A DNA stretch of 41,518 nt from Stramenopiles sp. TOSAG23-3 (lineage: Eukaryota). This document shows positions 1 through 10,539 of the stretch, one piece after another. Where the stretch lies: contig LT642177.1 of NCBI GenBank assembly GCA_900128585.1, forward strand, positions 1 through 41,518, in the 5' to 3' direction. Under the pieces are notes generated by a model. The model saw only the letters and a program-made list of their open reading frames with translations. It had not been told where the DNA came from and made no database searches. The stretch's first letter is position 1. Every line of letters begins with the position of its first letter. Made by a program: the position numbers and the translations under genes.

Positions 1-916
1 TTTGAAATTATTATATCTTTTACGAGCATATAGATTGAAGCGAAGTAAACGCTTTGCCCCCCGGCACGCGCAATAAATTAAGTACGTACCCCGTACTTCT
101 CTTACTTGAACGTTTCTCCTTCTATTATTCTTCTATATATAATATTATTTTCTTTCCGGTATGGTACATCCGGTACATCGCTCCTCGTTCACACGCACAC
201 ACGCACTGATGACTGCACTAGAAGAAAAAAACAGGTTGAGGTCGATTCAATTCATTGCACGTAGTAAAATATTTGCTAGGAGTACAGCATCAATTTAGTA
301 CATTGTAGAGAATTCGCATTGATCCAATTTAACGTACCACTGGAATATATTATATTTAAAATTAATAGTCTTCTACGGCGTAGTCTAGCAAGTACGAGTA
401 CATATAATTAAATTAATACTTTCGTTCTTCTATAATATTAAGTATTTATTCATTTTGAATTATAACATGCTATAACCAAACCAATAAACACAATATCACT
501 TTAAAAACAAAACATTTTCCTAATACAGATATATACCCTTAATATTGCCAAATAAAACCCAAAAATAACTCTGTACTAAATCAAAAACAATTGAAGAACA
601 AAAAACAAAGAGTCGTGTGCTGTGTGCTGTATATAATAGAGAACCTATAAGTAAGTGAGTGTGTAGTCTAATTGGCACTATTATAATGATGTGGTTTTAT
701 TTTTTTTTATAAATGGAATGAAAAATATCCTCCTTCCTTCTTCCTTCCAATTTAAAATATAAATTATCACGCACCCACCCTACCCTGACTGACACTCCTC
801 ATTATATAACTGGTATTAATATAGACTCTATAGGAGGAGGGAGGAGTCAGAACGAGAGAACGAGAGTCAACTTCTTCTTCAATATAATAGAATACAACTA
901 CGTACTATTAAAAGGG

Positions 917-943
917 CGAACCCGAACCCGAACCCCGAACCCG
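917..943 (+). repeat. Short (CGAACC)n tandem, about 4 units
   Basis: cgaacccgaacccgaaccccgaacccg, about 220 bp upstream of the first CDS; overlaps a small inverted repeat ACCCGT-acgc-ACGGGT. Confidence 0.7.
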
Positions 944-1162
944 TACGCACGGGTAAATTTATATATATTATACCAGGTACGGGAACGAACCACCTGGGAA
1001 ACGAGTTTAGCTGCTAGCTGCTAAAAAGAAAAAGAAAAGGGATAGAAACACGTCACTACAAACAAATAATACACAAATAATGACTAAACCAACTAACGAT
1101 CGAACAGAAGAAATAATTGAAACCAAACGTTAAGCTTGAATTTTAAACCTTAAAACAGCAGC

Positions 1163-3864
1163 ATGCCAATAACGCTAAGAGCGTCGACTACGGAAGGTTG
1201 GAAACACGAAACTGAACGCTTTCGCCAAGTTTGTCATGTCTGTTTGGGTGGAAACACAAAAACGGTCGATACAGCACAGGAAATAGCAAGCATACCCCCA
1301 ATTAAGCTACACTCATCCTACATCCGTTCTCTTCTCCCTGTTGAGGACATAAAAATTGTCATCAAAACCCTCGACCGAAGAGACTATACTCTCAAAGTAG
1401 AGCCAACCATTTCGGTGAGAGCACTGAAGCAAAGAATTGAGGAAGTGGAAGGAACGCCCACACACGGGCAGCGCTTGATATATGCAGGAAAGGAATTAGA
1501 CGATGCCGAGCAACTGCATATCTTGAATATTCAAAACGACGCGACAATTCATTTGGTCGCAGGAGTTAAGAGGAAAAAAATTACCCCCTGCCCGAAGTCG
1601 GATCCTGAAGATAAAGAAGTCAAGATTTTAATGTGTTGTGCCTGTAAATTTGCATTGCGCGAAAGAGAACTGGAGATTCTCCATTCATCTCTCGAATCGT
1701 TTGTCATCACCAAAGGCGAATTAATGGAATTGGATCTTTGCTCTTTCGCTCGATGCCAAAAGTTAAAAAAATTTGTTTTACCTTTGGGTTCAAATTCCAT
1801 GTCGAAAACAAAAGTTCGTTTCACCAAAGGTCTTCCACGTTTTCCTGAATCTCTGGAAAACCTCCAACTAAACAAAGTTGAGGACACAGAAAGAAACTAT
1901 TGTGATTTTTCGTTGAGCCTAGCTGAAGTCCGCCGGCTAAAAACATTTGTGTTGCATAATATGAAATTAAGGAAGGCACTTCCTGCCATTAACGCCTTTG
2001 CAACCCTAAAAACTCTTGAGCTCAACGGCGTCTTGGCTCCGGCGGTAAATCCAAAATTATGGTAAGTTTAAACAAAAATTCACACCTCCTTTAAATAAAC
2101 ATAAGAATTAACCCCGAGACACTTAATAATAACCTTTATTGTTTCAAACATTCCAGGACGATGCTAGTTTCGTTAGAAACAATCGTAATTTCAGGTAACA
2201 AAGAGGGGACAAAATCGAAAGATGGAATCGTCATTAGGTCACCTTGCCCGATACACTTCAAGAAGGACACTTTATTGCCTCCGACGCTTTGCTCTATTTC
2301 GCTGACAATGGTGGATGTGGAGCATCTACCCGATAGTGTTTCCTTTTGCAGAAATCTTTCCTTTATTAAAGTGTCCAACTGCAATCTTGTAGCACTGCCA
2401 GAAAATTTACAAAAACTGCAAGCCAATTTGAACCAGCTCTCACTTCCTGGAAACAAATTGACTCTTGAAGGCGTTCGTCGTGTTCTTGTACAAATGCCTT
2501 CATTATGCAATGGGAAGTATATTGATTTTAGGGGAAAGGAATCCGACAAGACCCTCAGCCTTGCGGGAAACTCTGTCCTTACAACTGAACTTGCAAAGTA
2601 TTTGGGAATTGAAGATACACGAGGTGTTCCCTTGTCCAGCGCACTAATCCCCCACCTCATTGCCCGTGATGGTGGAATGGACGAAGACGATAGGAAAATT
2701 AGCGGAGAGACAAAAATGAGTGGGCTCCGAAAATATAGCCACAAAGAGCTCTCAAATGCAACCCTTTCCTTCAGCAAAGAGCATCGTCTGATATCCTCCG
2801 AAGGAGCCTTTGGCCCGGTCTACCACGGAACGTTCGGCAGTTCGCAGCACGTAGCCGTTAAGGTAATGAGAGGCGTGTCGCTGCACTCGACGGAACAGTT
2901 GATGAGAGAACTTGACGCACTTCACCGTTGTCGGCACCCGCATGTCTTAAGCCTTGTCGGGTATTCTTTGGACGGCCCCAAGTGCCTGGTCTACGACTAT
3001 AAAGAGCGCGGGTCGTTGGAGAATCTGATCATGTATGCAAGCGACAAGGCTAGTCCTAAAAATAATAATCTATCCTGGCAGCGCAGACTTTGCATAATTG
3101 GGCAGATTATTTCGGCTATTGAGTACCTCCACACGGTGGCAGACCCGCCCATCATTCACCGTGATATAAAGTCGGCAAACATTCTTGTTGATGCGTCTTT
3201 TAATGCCTCTCTCGGAGATTTTGGGCTTGCGCGTTTAAGTCCCGAGTTTTCTGATCTTGCATCAGGTGGGCAGCAGAGTATGCCATCAACCCGGATATTC
3301 GGAACGCCAGGCTACATTGATCCGGAATACTCTCAGTCCGGGAAAGTTTCCAAACTTTCAGATGTATTTTCCTTTGGAATTGTTGCCCTTGAACTTCTCA
3401 GTTCGACCCGTCCATACGATAGTACCCAGCATCCCCCGTGGATCTTAGACCGTTTTGAAGATTGCATTGATTATTCCGGTAAAGGCCGATCTGAAGTTTT
3501 GCGGGCCTTTTGCCCCGAATGGCCATCAGCTGTTGTGGAAGATATTGTGGAAATTGTTAAATGTTTTGTCGAGCGAAGAAGCCGCCGCAGGCCCAATTCA
3601 TCGGTAGCGGCTGCCCAGATAAATGAAATCGTTGATAAATTTGGTTGCAATCCTGCGCAGCTGCAAGTGCAAGAGAATTCATCTGAAGCAGAATGTGTGA
3701 TATGTTTAGACCGTCCAGCCTCACATGCTATGATTCCTTGCGGTCACCGCTGCATCTGCTCTCTGTGCGCTGCTGAGACTAAAAAAAATGATGTATCATT
3801 TTTAAGATGTCCGATATGTAGGGCCAAATTCAAATCTATTGTTCAAATTTTCGTCGACTGTTAG
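1163..3864 (+). CDS. Ubiquitin-like domain / degenerate LRR / IRAK-Pelle-RLK-family Ser/Thr kinase / C3HC4 RING protein. Two exons, 1163-2061 and 2157-3864, 868 aa.
   Basis: Ubl: IKIVIKTLDRR...TLKVEPTISVRALKQRIEEVEGTP...QRLIYAGKELDD...IHLV. LRR-like units: LENLQLNKV, LKTLELNGV, LNQLSLPGNKL, LSLAGNSV. Kinase: EGAFGPVY, VAVK, HRDIKSANIL, DFGLAR, GTPGYIDPEY, SDVFSFG. RING: CVIC...PCGHRCICSLC...CPICR. A GTAAGT...TTCCAG intron joins the two track ORFs in frame (TG|G ACG ATG = W-T-M). Confidence 0.9.
2062..2156 (+). other. Spliceosomal intron (95 bp, phase 2)
   Basis: GTAAGT donor overlaps the apparent stop of ORF 1163-2065. The body is AT-rich and ends in TTCCAG. Splicing restores the frame into ORF 2161-3864. 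Confidence 0.88.
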
Positions 3865-4011
3865 GTGGCGTTAGAGAATTTACTGGCCCTTTTTCTTTTT
3901 GTATATTTTTTAAATTTTAGAGAGGTTCGTGTGTACCTAAATACTAGCCATTATTTTGTTTTTAAAGATAAAAATCTTTATAAATTTGGACACTGACATA
4001 TATCGCATTTT

Positions 4012-5862
4012 TCATATCACGACGTGCAATTCGCATGATGCCCCACAAAGCCGAAACACGGGATGTTTCGTCAGTGCTTCTATCTTGTCTCTTCGACAAT
4101 CGTCTCTGATATCTTCTCTTGGAAACAAAAGAATAATGCCACTACCAGCGCTGCATTCAGATGCCACGTTGCATTCTTTTAAGTCACTGTCACCAACCAT
4201 TCCTTCCCTGTAGAAAATTTCATTGCTAAAGAAATACGAACGTTCGTCACTGCCCGTAGATGCTTCCACATCGACCATTACCAATGCCGTCGAAGGCGAT
4301 TCTCTTTCCTCCAAATCGTACACTAGTGAGTTCAAGAACTCACTTCCAACGATCAATGTGGAGGATGTACCCGACAGTGGCACCCAAAGTATATAGGGAG
4401 AAACGCTTTTGAAAAACTTATTTTGAGAAAGCAAAGATTCTAGAAGAATACTCCCGTCAACAGGCTTGCTAATGACAGAGGTTATTTCCATGAAGTGAAC
4501 ATTTTTTAACAGGCCAAATGTGGCCAAAGTAGCGCGAGTAGAAATGCCTCCTCCGTACATGTCTAAGTAATAAGGACTGGCATTTTCCACCCAAACTTCT
4601 ATTTCTGCGAGGGGATGAGTGACCAGCACACTGCATATAAATGGCCATAATGCACGAAACTGTCCGGTCGTGATCGCAAAAGTAACGAATTTGAAATGTC
4701 GACTTCTGACATAGCGATCCGCTTGAACAATTGAATTTTGCATTAGCTTGACACCCAGGCTCTTCAACTGTGATGACCCCCCACCTTGACACGGCGACTC
4801 CACATCCGACAAACCGGGTTTGAAATAGTCATACACACCCCGAAAGACCTTTATGGCAGCGTCTGTTGCATTGTAAGGCGTGATTCGGCCGACATCGCCG
4901 GGGAAGTCTACTTCGTCTTTGCCGGACATGTAGTTGGCGACTATAATGCATACATCAAAGAGCGATGCCTCGTAATTCGATCTTTCCTTGCCAGGGATGT
5001 ACATGTCAATCATTACTCTGGCTCCTTTGTACAAATCAATGAGTTCTTTCCTGTTGTAACTTTTTAACCCCACGACATTAAAACGTTCAAAAGACTGTCC
5101 GGTCGATGCTTCTTCCGTCGAAATCAAATTTTCTAACACCCTCTGAAATTCCCCCGAGTCGAAGTCAACAAGTGTATTGAAGTCATCGTCTATTAATACC
5201 CAATTTCTAGGCGCGTCACCTACGCCTCTTCGTTTATGGTCGTCCCAGGTTCTCTGCCCATTATATGCACGAGCGTAAAATGCTTGTTCTAACGGCGGAT
5301 CGATGGGGTAGCCAGGGCAGTAAAAGTTCGCATGAACCCAGTGATTCGATGCCAATCGGGTCAGTGGCTCGTTCCAACTTGAATGACTCGTTGATGCATC
5401 GCCCCCACCGTCGTATCCATAGAATGCCGTCCCCGAGTGGACTCCTTGCAACCAACGGACCAATTTCCCCCCTGTTTTTATGAGGGATTCTGCATCCTCA
5501 GATACTGCTAGCTCTCCAACGACCAGCAAATCATTCTTTTGGAGAACCAGACGATCGAAGCTCTCCTGAGTCATAGATGAAAACGCCAGAGTGTCATGAC
5601 GATACTCTTCGTTGACCTTGTACATTTTTGTCTTGTACCCCAGTTTACCAAGGGATCCATGAAACCAATGAACATCAGCAGGGCCACCACTTTTCATGTC
5701 GAGGGGCATGTAAAAATACACCGTTCCCGTTGTCTTTAATGATTGATGAGTTATCCTGGCTCGACAGCAATCCCTTGGTGGAAATAAGCGGAAGCATTGA
5801 AGCTCTTGCACGAGTAAGGAGAGAAAAAATATCCCGCAGCAATAGAAGCCTTGAAAATTCAT
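4012..5862 (-). CDS. Secretory-pathway protein with a putative GT-B glycosyltransferase-like domain (616 aa)
   Basis: Long ORF with a hydrophobic N-terminus (GIFFLSLLVQELQC). ELIDLYKGARVMIDMYIPGKERSNYEASLFDVCII resembles the nucleotide-sugar-binding segment of GT-B/GT4-like proteins. The ORF is solid; the function is tentative. Confidence 0.6.
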   Translation of the reverse strand: MNFQGFYCCGIFFLSLLVQELQCFRLFPPRDCCRARITHQSLKTTGTVYFYMPLDMKSGGPADVHWFHGSLGKLGYKTKMYKVNEEYRHDTLAFSSMTQESFDRLVLQKNDLLVVGELAVSEDAESLIKTGGKLVRWLQGVHSGTAFYGYDGGGDASTSHSSWNEPLTRLASNHWVHANFYCPGYPIDPPLEQAFYARAYNGQRTWDDHKRRGVGDAPRNWVLIDDDFNTLVDFDSGEFQRVLENLISTEEASTGQSFERFNVVGLKSYNRKELIDLYKGARVMIDMYIPGKERSNYEASLFDVCIIVANYMSGKDEVDFPGDVGRITPYNATDAAIKVFRGVYDYFKPGLSDVESPCQGGGSSQLKSLGVKLMQNSIVQADRYVRSRHFKFVTFAITTGQFRALWPFICSVLVTHPLAEIEVWVENASPYYLDMYGGGISTRATLATFGLLKNVHFMEITSVISKPVDGSILLESLLSQNKFFKSVSPYILWVPLSGTSSTLIVGSEFLNSLVYDLEERESPSTALVMVDVEASTGSDERSYFFSNEIFYREGMVGDSDLKECNVASECSAGSGIILLFPREDIRDDCRRDKIEALTKHPVFRLCGASCELHVVI

Positions 5863-6474
5863 GTTTCAAATAACTGTTTACGACTCTACATCGCTCGGGG
5901 GTTAAACCTGAACGATACACATTTTGCTGGTTTCATTCAATTTCCAAAAGCAGTCATTCAGTGAATTCGTTTTACTGTATTCAATGCGACCATTTTATCA
6001 TTACTATCATTCATAATTCTCATTACTTATATTTCTTCAACACGATCGTTGGCGGGGGGGGTATTATTACAATATCTTATATACGACGAGGAGGAGAGGA
6101 CCTGTATTATTTTAATGAAATAAAAAATTCACCATCCACACACCATAGGAATATTTTTTTAATTTGTCATCATCGTCAATCAACAAAATGCTTTTTTTCT
6201 TCGATTTAATATTAGACTATACTGAATTCGTAGACGACTAAAGCCTTAATTATATTTCGAGGAAACAGTATTCTTATTACTCGGTACATGTACTGTGGGT
6301 ACAATAAAAGACGACTAATATATTACAAATAATTTCCGCTGTTGTTAGATAAAATATTCCCTCCTCTTCTCTTACCGGTTGTTACACTTCTTTTGTCAAC
6401 TTTTTTAAATTTTATTTTAGTAGCGTTGCGATGAAAAAATGGCAAGGAAAGCACTCTACTCCCTCTCTTAAAAG

Positions 6475-7212
6475 TTACGTTTGGTAAACTTTCCCCCCCT
6501 TTTTTTTTGCCCAAGCCATATGCGTGGCCATCTCGCCAGCACATTTTGGACAGCTTTCCAAGCCCCATAATAACGTCGCACCACAATTGTTGCATGATAA
6601 AATTCTCATTGGCAACTTCACTTCAACAGGAAAACTCTCCAACCCCTCAGTCGTTTTATCGTACATCTCTGGGTTGACGGACATGTCATAGGCAAAACGA
6701 AGGCGAAATTCATACTTTCTTCCCGGAACCAAGTTGTACACAGTGATATTTCTAGCACGTTTGTTAACAATCTTTTTCTCTGTCTCTTGCTCCGCTTGGT
6801 GTTTGTACAAATGGACACCGATATTTTCCATTTCAGTGGAGTGGTCTTCAAAATAAAGGGACTCTTTTTTGCGAGCATAGTTCCACGACAAAATCGCTGC
6901 TTCAATTTGATCAACGCGACAGTATTGGTCCGGCGGATTCCAGTTGATTTGAAATGTAGCCCTATCGTATGACTTTTTCACACACCGAGGCCTACAGGGT
7001 GCCGGTGGTTTGCCAAGTGCTGCATCTTGCTGTAGGTCTAGTTTTCGTTGATGTTCTATATATCTTGCTTCTGCTCTAGTTACCAACTTTTTCATACCAT
7101 ATTTTGTTGTTACTTGAACGATATCATCATCGTGCAAGTCAGGCTTTTTCTCCGCGGGCTTTTCGTCATCCTGTTTTTTCTTCCTCCTTGCTTTTCGGGA
7201 GGTAGAAGCCAT
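6475..7212 (-). CDS. Fibronectin type III-like domain protein with a C-terminal zinc ribbon
   Basis: First ATG at 7212 (MASTSRK). FN3 signature PPAP...FQINWNPP...ITVYNLVPGRKYEFRL. C-terminal CNNC-x10-CPKC. Basic N-terminus and no signal peptide. Confidence 0.7.
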   Translation of the reverse strand: MASTSRKARRKKKQDDEKPAEKKPDLHDDDIVQVTTKYGMKKLVTRAEARYIEHQRKLDLQQDAALGKPPAPCRPRCVKKSYDRATFQINWNPPDQYCRVDQIEAAILSWNYARKKESLYFEDHSTEMENIGVHLYKHQAEQETEKKIVNKRARNITVYNLVPGRKYEFRLRFAYDMSVNPEMYDKTTEGLESFPVEVKLPMRILSCNNCGATLLWGLESCPKCAGEMATHMAWAKKKGGKVYQT

Positions 7213-7965
7213 TACAGAAAGGGTGCGTATAAACGAAAGTTTATCTTCCACCAACCTCAACTAACCGCCATATTCTCCCAGCTACAGCCTTCCTTATTTT
7301 ACTAATATAATCGGTATTATGTTAAAAAACAACAGAAGTGTGCAAGAACGACAACGGAGCGTGTCAAATCAATCATTTCTTTCGTACATACGTCAACAGG
7401 ACATTCTAAATTGAATCAAGAACCAACAAGTAAATGGATTATTAGATCTACATATATACGTATTTATTTTTTATTATTAAAAAATAATAACCGCTCTAAT
7501 ACTAATAGTCTAGCTAATAAAAAAAAAAAAAAGAAGAAGATTAATAAAATATAATAAGGGGAAGAGTATGTAGAGGAAGTATTTCCCCTTTCTTTTCTTT
7601 TCTTGCTATTTTTTATTTTTTACATTTTTTATTATAAGAATTAACTTAATTATAACTCTATCTAGGGATTGTTTTTTTTTTATTATTATTATTTTTAATA
7701 ACCCACTCCTTTTCATTCACTCCAATCTCTAATTTTTATAGCCTTATTATTTATTATATAGACTAGACACTATAAAAAAAAAAGAATGATTATTATTTTT
7801 TAATAAAATATTATTATTTTGAATTGATCCAGGATATTTTAATTTGAATACAAATAATTTGTTTGAAAACTGGAAAACTCGCATTAATTACATTTTTCTC
7901 ATCAATCCATATGTACAACATCGTCCCCTCCCTCTCCTCCCTGGTCGTAATTAGGCACTGTATTT

Positions 7966-9849
7966 ATGTCTGAAATATTGGGTGCTTCCGAAGCTTTGGA
8001 AGCGCTTGAGATTGCCCTCGAGGACTCGACCCCACCGGAAGTGATTCTTCGGAAGTTGGCCGAAGTGACTGACGTTTTAAGCAGCGGCGAGGTTGTCCAT
8101 TGTTCTGGACACTCGAGCAAAGAGACACTGACAGATGTGATTTTGTCCAATTTGGAGGAAAATTGGTTGGTGCTGGAAAATTTGTTCATTAATGGTAGTT
8201 TTGAAGTTAGGACCGCAACGATAGGGGTTTTACTGGCTTGCAGCGAGGCGCTGCCCGGAGCGGAGCTCCTTTCTTTGGCCTGTCTTTGCAAGGCGTCGTT
8301 CCCGCCCCCCCCGAAACGAAAAAAATCAAAGAAGAAAAAGAAGAAGAAAGGAACATCCGATGGGCAAGGGCCGCCAAAAAAGAAACTGGAAGAGGAGGAA
8401 CAATACTGGACGCTTGCCCAGGCCGCCGTCCAGACTGCGAAGTCGTTGATAAGCATTCTTCTGGCAAACAAACACGGCGTAGTGATGGCTATACGCGCAA
8501 CGAAGTCGCTGACAGAGCTGACTTTGCCGACAACGTATTTTTCCGACGAAAACATGGTCAATGGACAGCTCACAGATATTGATGCGCTTACGAGAGCTTT
8601 TAGTTTTGCCGTCAATGGTGTGATCACTTGCCTCCTAGAGTCGCGTTTTATTCGTTTTTTGTGCACCGACTCCGTAGCATCGTACAAGGACGCGCGGCGG
8701 GGGGACTTGGTCGATGCTAACATGCAATTGATACATCTGTTGTCCCAAAACAGCAACGAAAATTACGCCAAACTGCGGTCGGCGCTCAGTAAAACTGACA
8801 TTGTGAAAGCGTTAATTTTGCCCCGCATAGATGCGTTGATAGGGGAGTGGCACACGACAGAACCCGGCCCAAGAACAGAGGACTTACGCACGGCGCTCTT
8901 AGGAAGTTTGCGGGTTGCCACGGCACTGTCTTTCAAACTGAAATCAGCTCGCAAAGTGCTTTCCGAGCTAGACCCAACCACCAAAATTTTAACAACAGTG
9001 CCCGACGCTGCAAATAGTCCTCAAATTTTGGCCACCCTGTGCAAACTGCACGTAAACATTGAAGGGGGGTTTGGGGAGGCATGGAGATCCATTCATAGGA
9101 AAGTGGGTGGGTCTCTCTGTGATCAAGTAAAGGAACTGCACCAGAGAAAAAGTAAAGGCTCTTTCAATGTTTTGATTGATTGCATGAACGGCGCGGATGG
9201 GATACCAATGGATCGTTCGTCTCGCGCTTTTCATATGATTTCAAAGGGGACCATTGAGCTGGACGAACCGGAAAAAAGCATCACGTTCACCAGCTTGCTG
9301 CTTGAGGGCGATGCAGCTCGGCGTCGAGCATCTCGGGCATTTGGCACTTCAAACGTTGTAGAATCAAAAATAGCACAGGAGGAGGTACCAGCAGCTGCTG
9401 GTGCAAGTCAAAAAGAGGCAATCAGTGACGATGATGTTGCCCAGAAAGAAACATCAGACGCCCAGAAACTGTCTTCAGCTTCTGAGAATGTCAACACGAC
9501 TGGTTTTGAAATGGACGAGTTAGACTCGGCGCTCCTTGGTTTGAGCTCGGGTCCCCCCCCCGCCCGTTTTTGTTGCGGGATTACTGGGCAAATTATGAAC
9601 GATCCGATTCTTCATCCGAAGGGAGACGTATGGGTAGAGCGTGAAAGCCTAGAGATATGGAGGGTCCGAAACAGCAAGAAAGAATTTCATAGTAGCAGTG
9701 AGGCCGTGTGTGCATGGCCAGGATCAAAGGACACAATACTTCCACCGGTGGAGAGCTTGGAGACCGACGTGTCTTTACAGGAAGACATTCAGGCTTGGAG
9801 AATGAGAAAGATTCTCCGCCGCCAGGAAACGGGTGGCTGGCACAAGTGA
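7966..9849 (+). CDS. Helical (ARM/HEAT-like) protein with a C-terminal U-box, putative E3 ligase (627 aa)
   Basis: PPARFCCGITGQIMNDPIL...VERESLEIW...LQEDIQAW matches the U-box consensus. Leu-rich helical N-terminal half. Poly-Lys NLS-like PKRKKSKKKKKKK. Confidence 0.75.
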   Translation: MSEILGASEALEALEIALEDSTPPEVILRKLAEVTDVLSSGEVVHCSGHSSKETLTDVILSNLEENWLVLENLFINGSFEVRTATIGVLLACSEALPGAELLSLACLCKASFPPPPKRKKSKKKKKKKGTSDGQGPPKKKLEEEEQYWTLAQAAVQTAKSLISILLANKHGVVMAIRATKSLTELTLPTTYFSDENMVNGQLTDIDALTRAFSFAVNGVITCLLESRFIRFLCTDSVASYKDARRGDLVDANMQLIHLLSQNSNENYAKLRSALSKTDIVKALILPRIDALIGEWHTTEPGPRTEDLRTALLGSLRVATALSFKLKSARKVLSELDPTTKILTTVPDAANSPQILATLCKLHVNIEGGFGEAWRSIHRKVGGSLCDQVKELHQRKSKGSFNVLIDCMNGADGIPMDRSSRAFHMISKGTIELDEPEKSITFTSLLLEGDAARRRASRAFGTSNVVESKIAQEEVPAAAGASQKEAISDDDVAQKETSDAQKLSSASENVNTTGFEMDELDSALLGLSSGPPPARFCCGITGQIMNDPILHPKGDVWVERESLEIWRVRNSKKEFHSSSEAVCAWPGSKDTILPPVESLETDVSLQEDIQAWRMRKILRRQETGGWHK

Positions 9850-9950
9850 AAACATAAATATGATTATCACTCTTACTGTCATGTACGTAATTCTGAAGAA
9901 CAAATACTTCGTATAGAGATAATTCTTAATAAGAGATCTTATAAGAATTA

Positions 9951-10518
9951 AAAACAAAACATTGGCCCTGTTATTTTAAGTACACTTAAATTATTTACGT
10001 AACTTTATTAAATACTTACGTAAATTATGGAAACAGGGCAAATATAATAACTTTAAAACAAGAAAAATTGGCTGTTATTTTATTATACGAGGTAATTAAA
10101 ATTAAAGAAAAAAAAAAAAAGAAGGTGTCAGTTCAATAACTTTAAAACATTTTTTTCATTTTTGATTTTGTTCAGTTCGCACAGTACATTTTAATTATTT
10201 ATTTTTATCAAAATAATTTAAAACAAAAAATTCGCTGTTATTTATAATAATAACATAATAAATATATAAAAACAAAATAATACTGGGGGTACCGCGAAAA
10301 TGAATCTGCTCCTTAATTTTTAAAACAAGAAAATTGGCTGTTATTAAAGTATGTAATTAAAATTAATGTACTGCGAACTGAAATCTAGATTTAGACATGC
10401 TAGGTTTACATTCCTTCATGAACTGCGAACTTATCTTTGCTCTTTTGGTTTTACTAATCGATATACCCTTGTCACTTACTGAATCAGTAGATGGATTAGC
10501 ATTGCTTCCACCTGCTCC
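9951..10518. repeat. Dispersed modular repeat family, locus 1 (four copies of the core motif plus shared blocks)
   Basis: AAAACAA(G)AAAATTGGCTGTTATT-like copies at 9951, 10055, 10220 and 10322. Blocks shared with the loci near 13.2 kb, 32.7 kb and 41.2 kb. Confidence 0.8.
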
Positions 10519-10539
10519 TTAATTTAAGATTAAAAAACA

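Noticed and set aside
917-943. Telomere or interstitial telomeric repeat
   Set aside because: Only about 4 units of CCCGAA rather than CCCTAA, internal and promoter-proximal; insufficient support.
1163-2065. Stand-alone ubiquitin-like gene, or a cleavable ubiquitin fusion
   Set aside because: The stop codon lies within a splice donor, and the Ubl ends in LVAGV without the di-Gly needed for processing.
7902-8756. 284-aa antisense ORF (similarly 2136-2777, 11261-11986, 22599-23177, 27069-27608)
   Set aside because: Shadow ORFs opposite well-supported genes, with no recognisable motifs.
9951-10345. CRISPR-like repeat-spacer array
   Set aside because: The repeats are degenerate and AT-rich, spacing is irregular (102-165 bp), there are no cas genes, the context is eukaryotic, and the motif is dispersed elsewhere.
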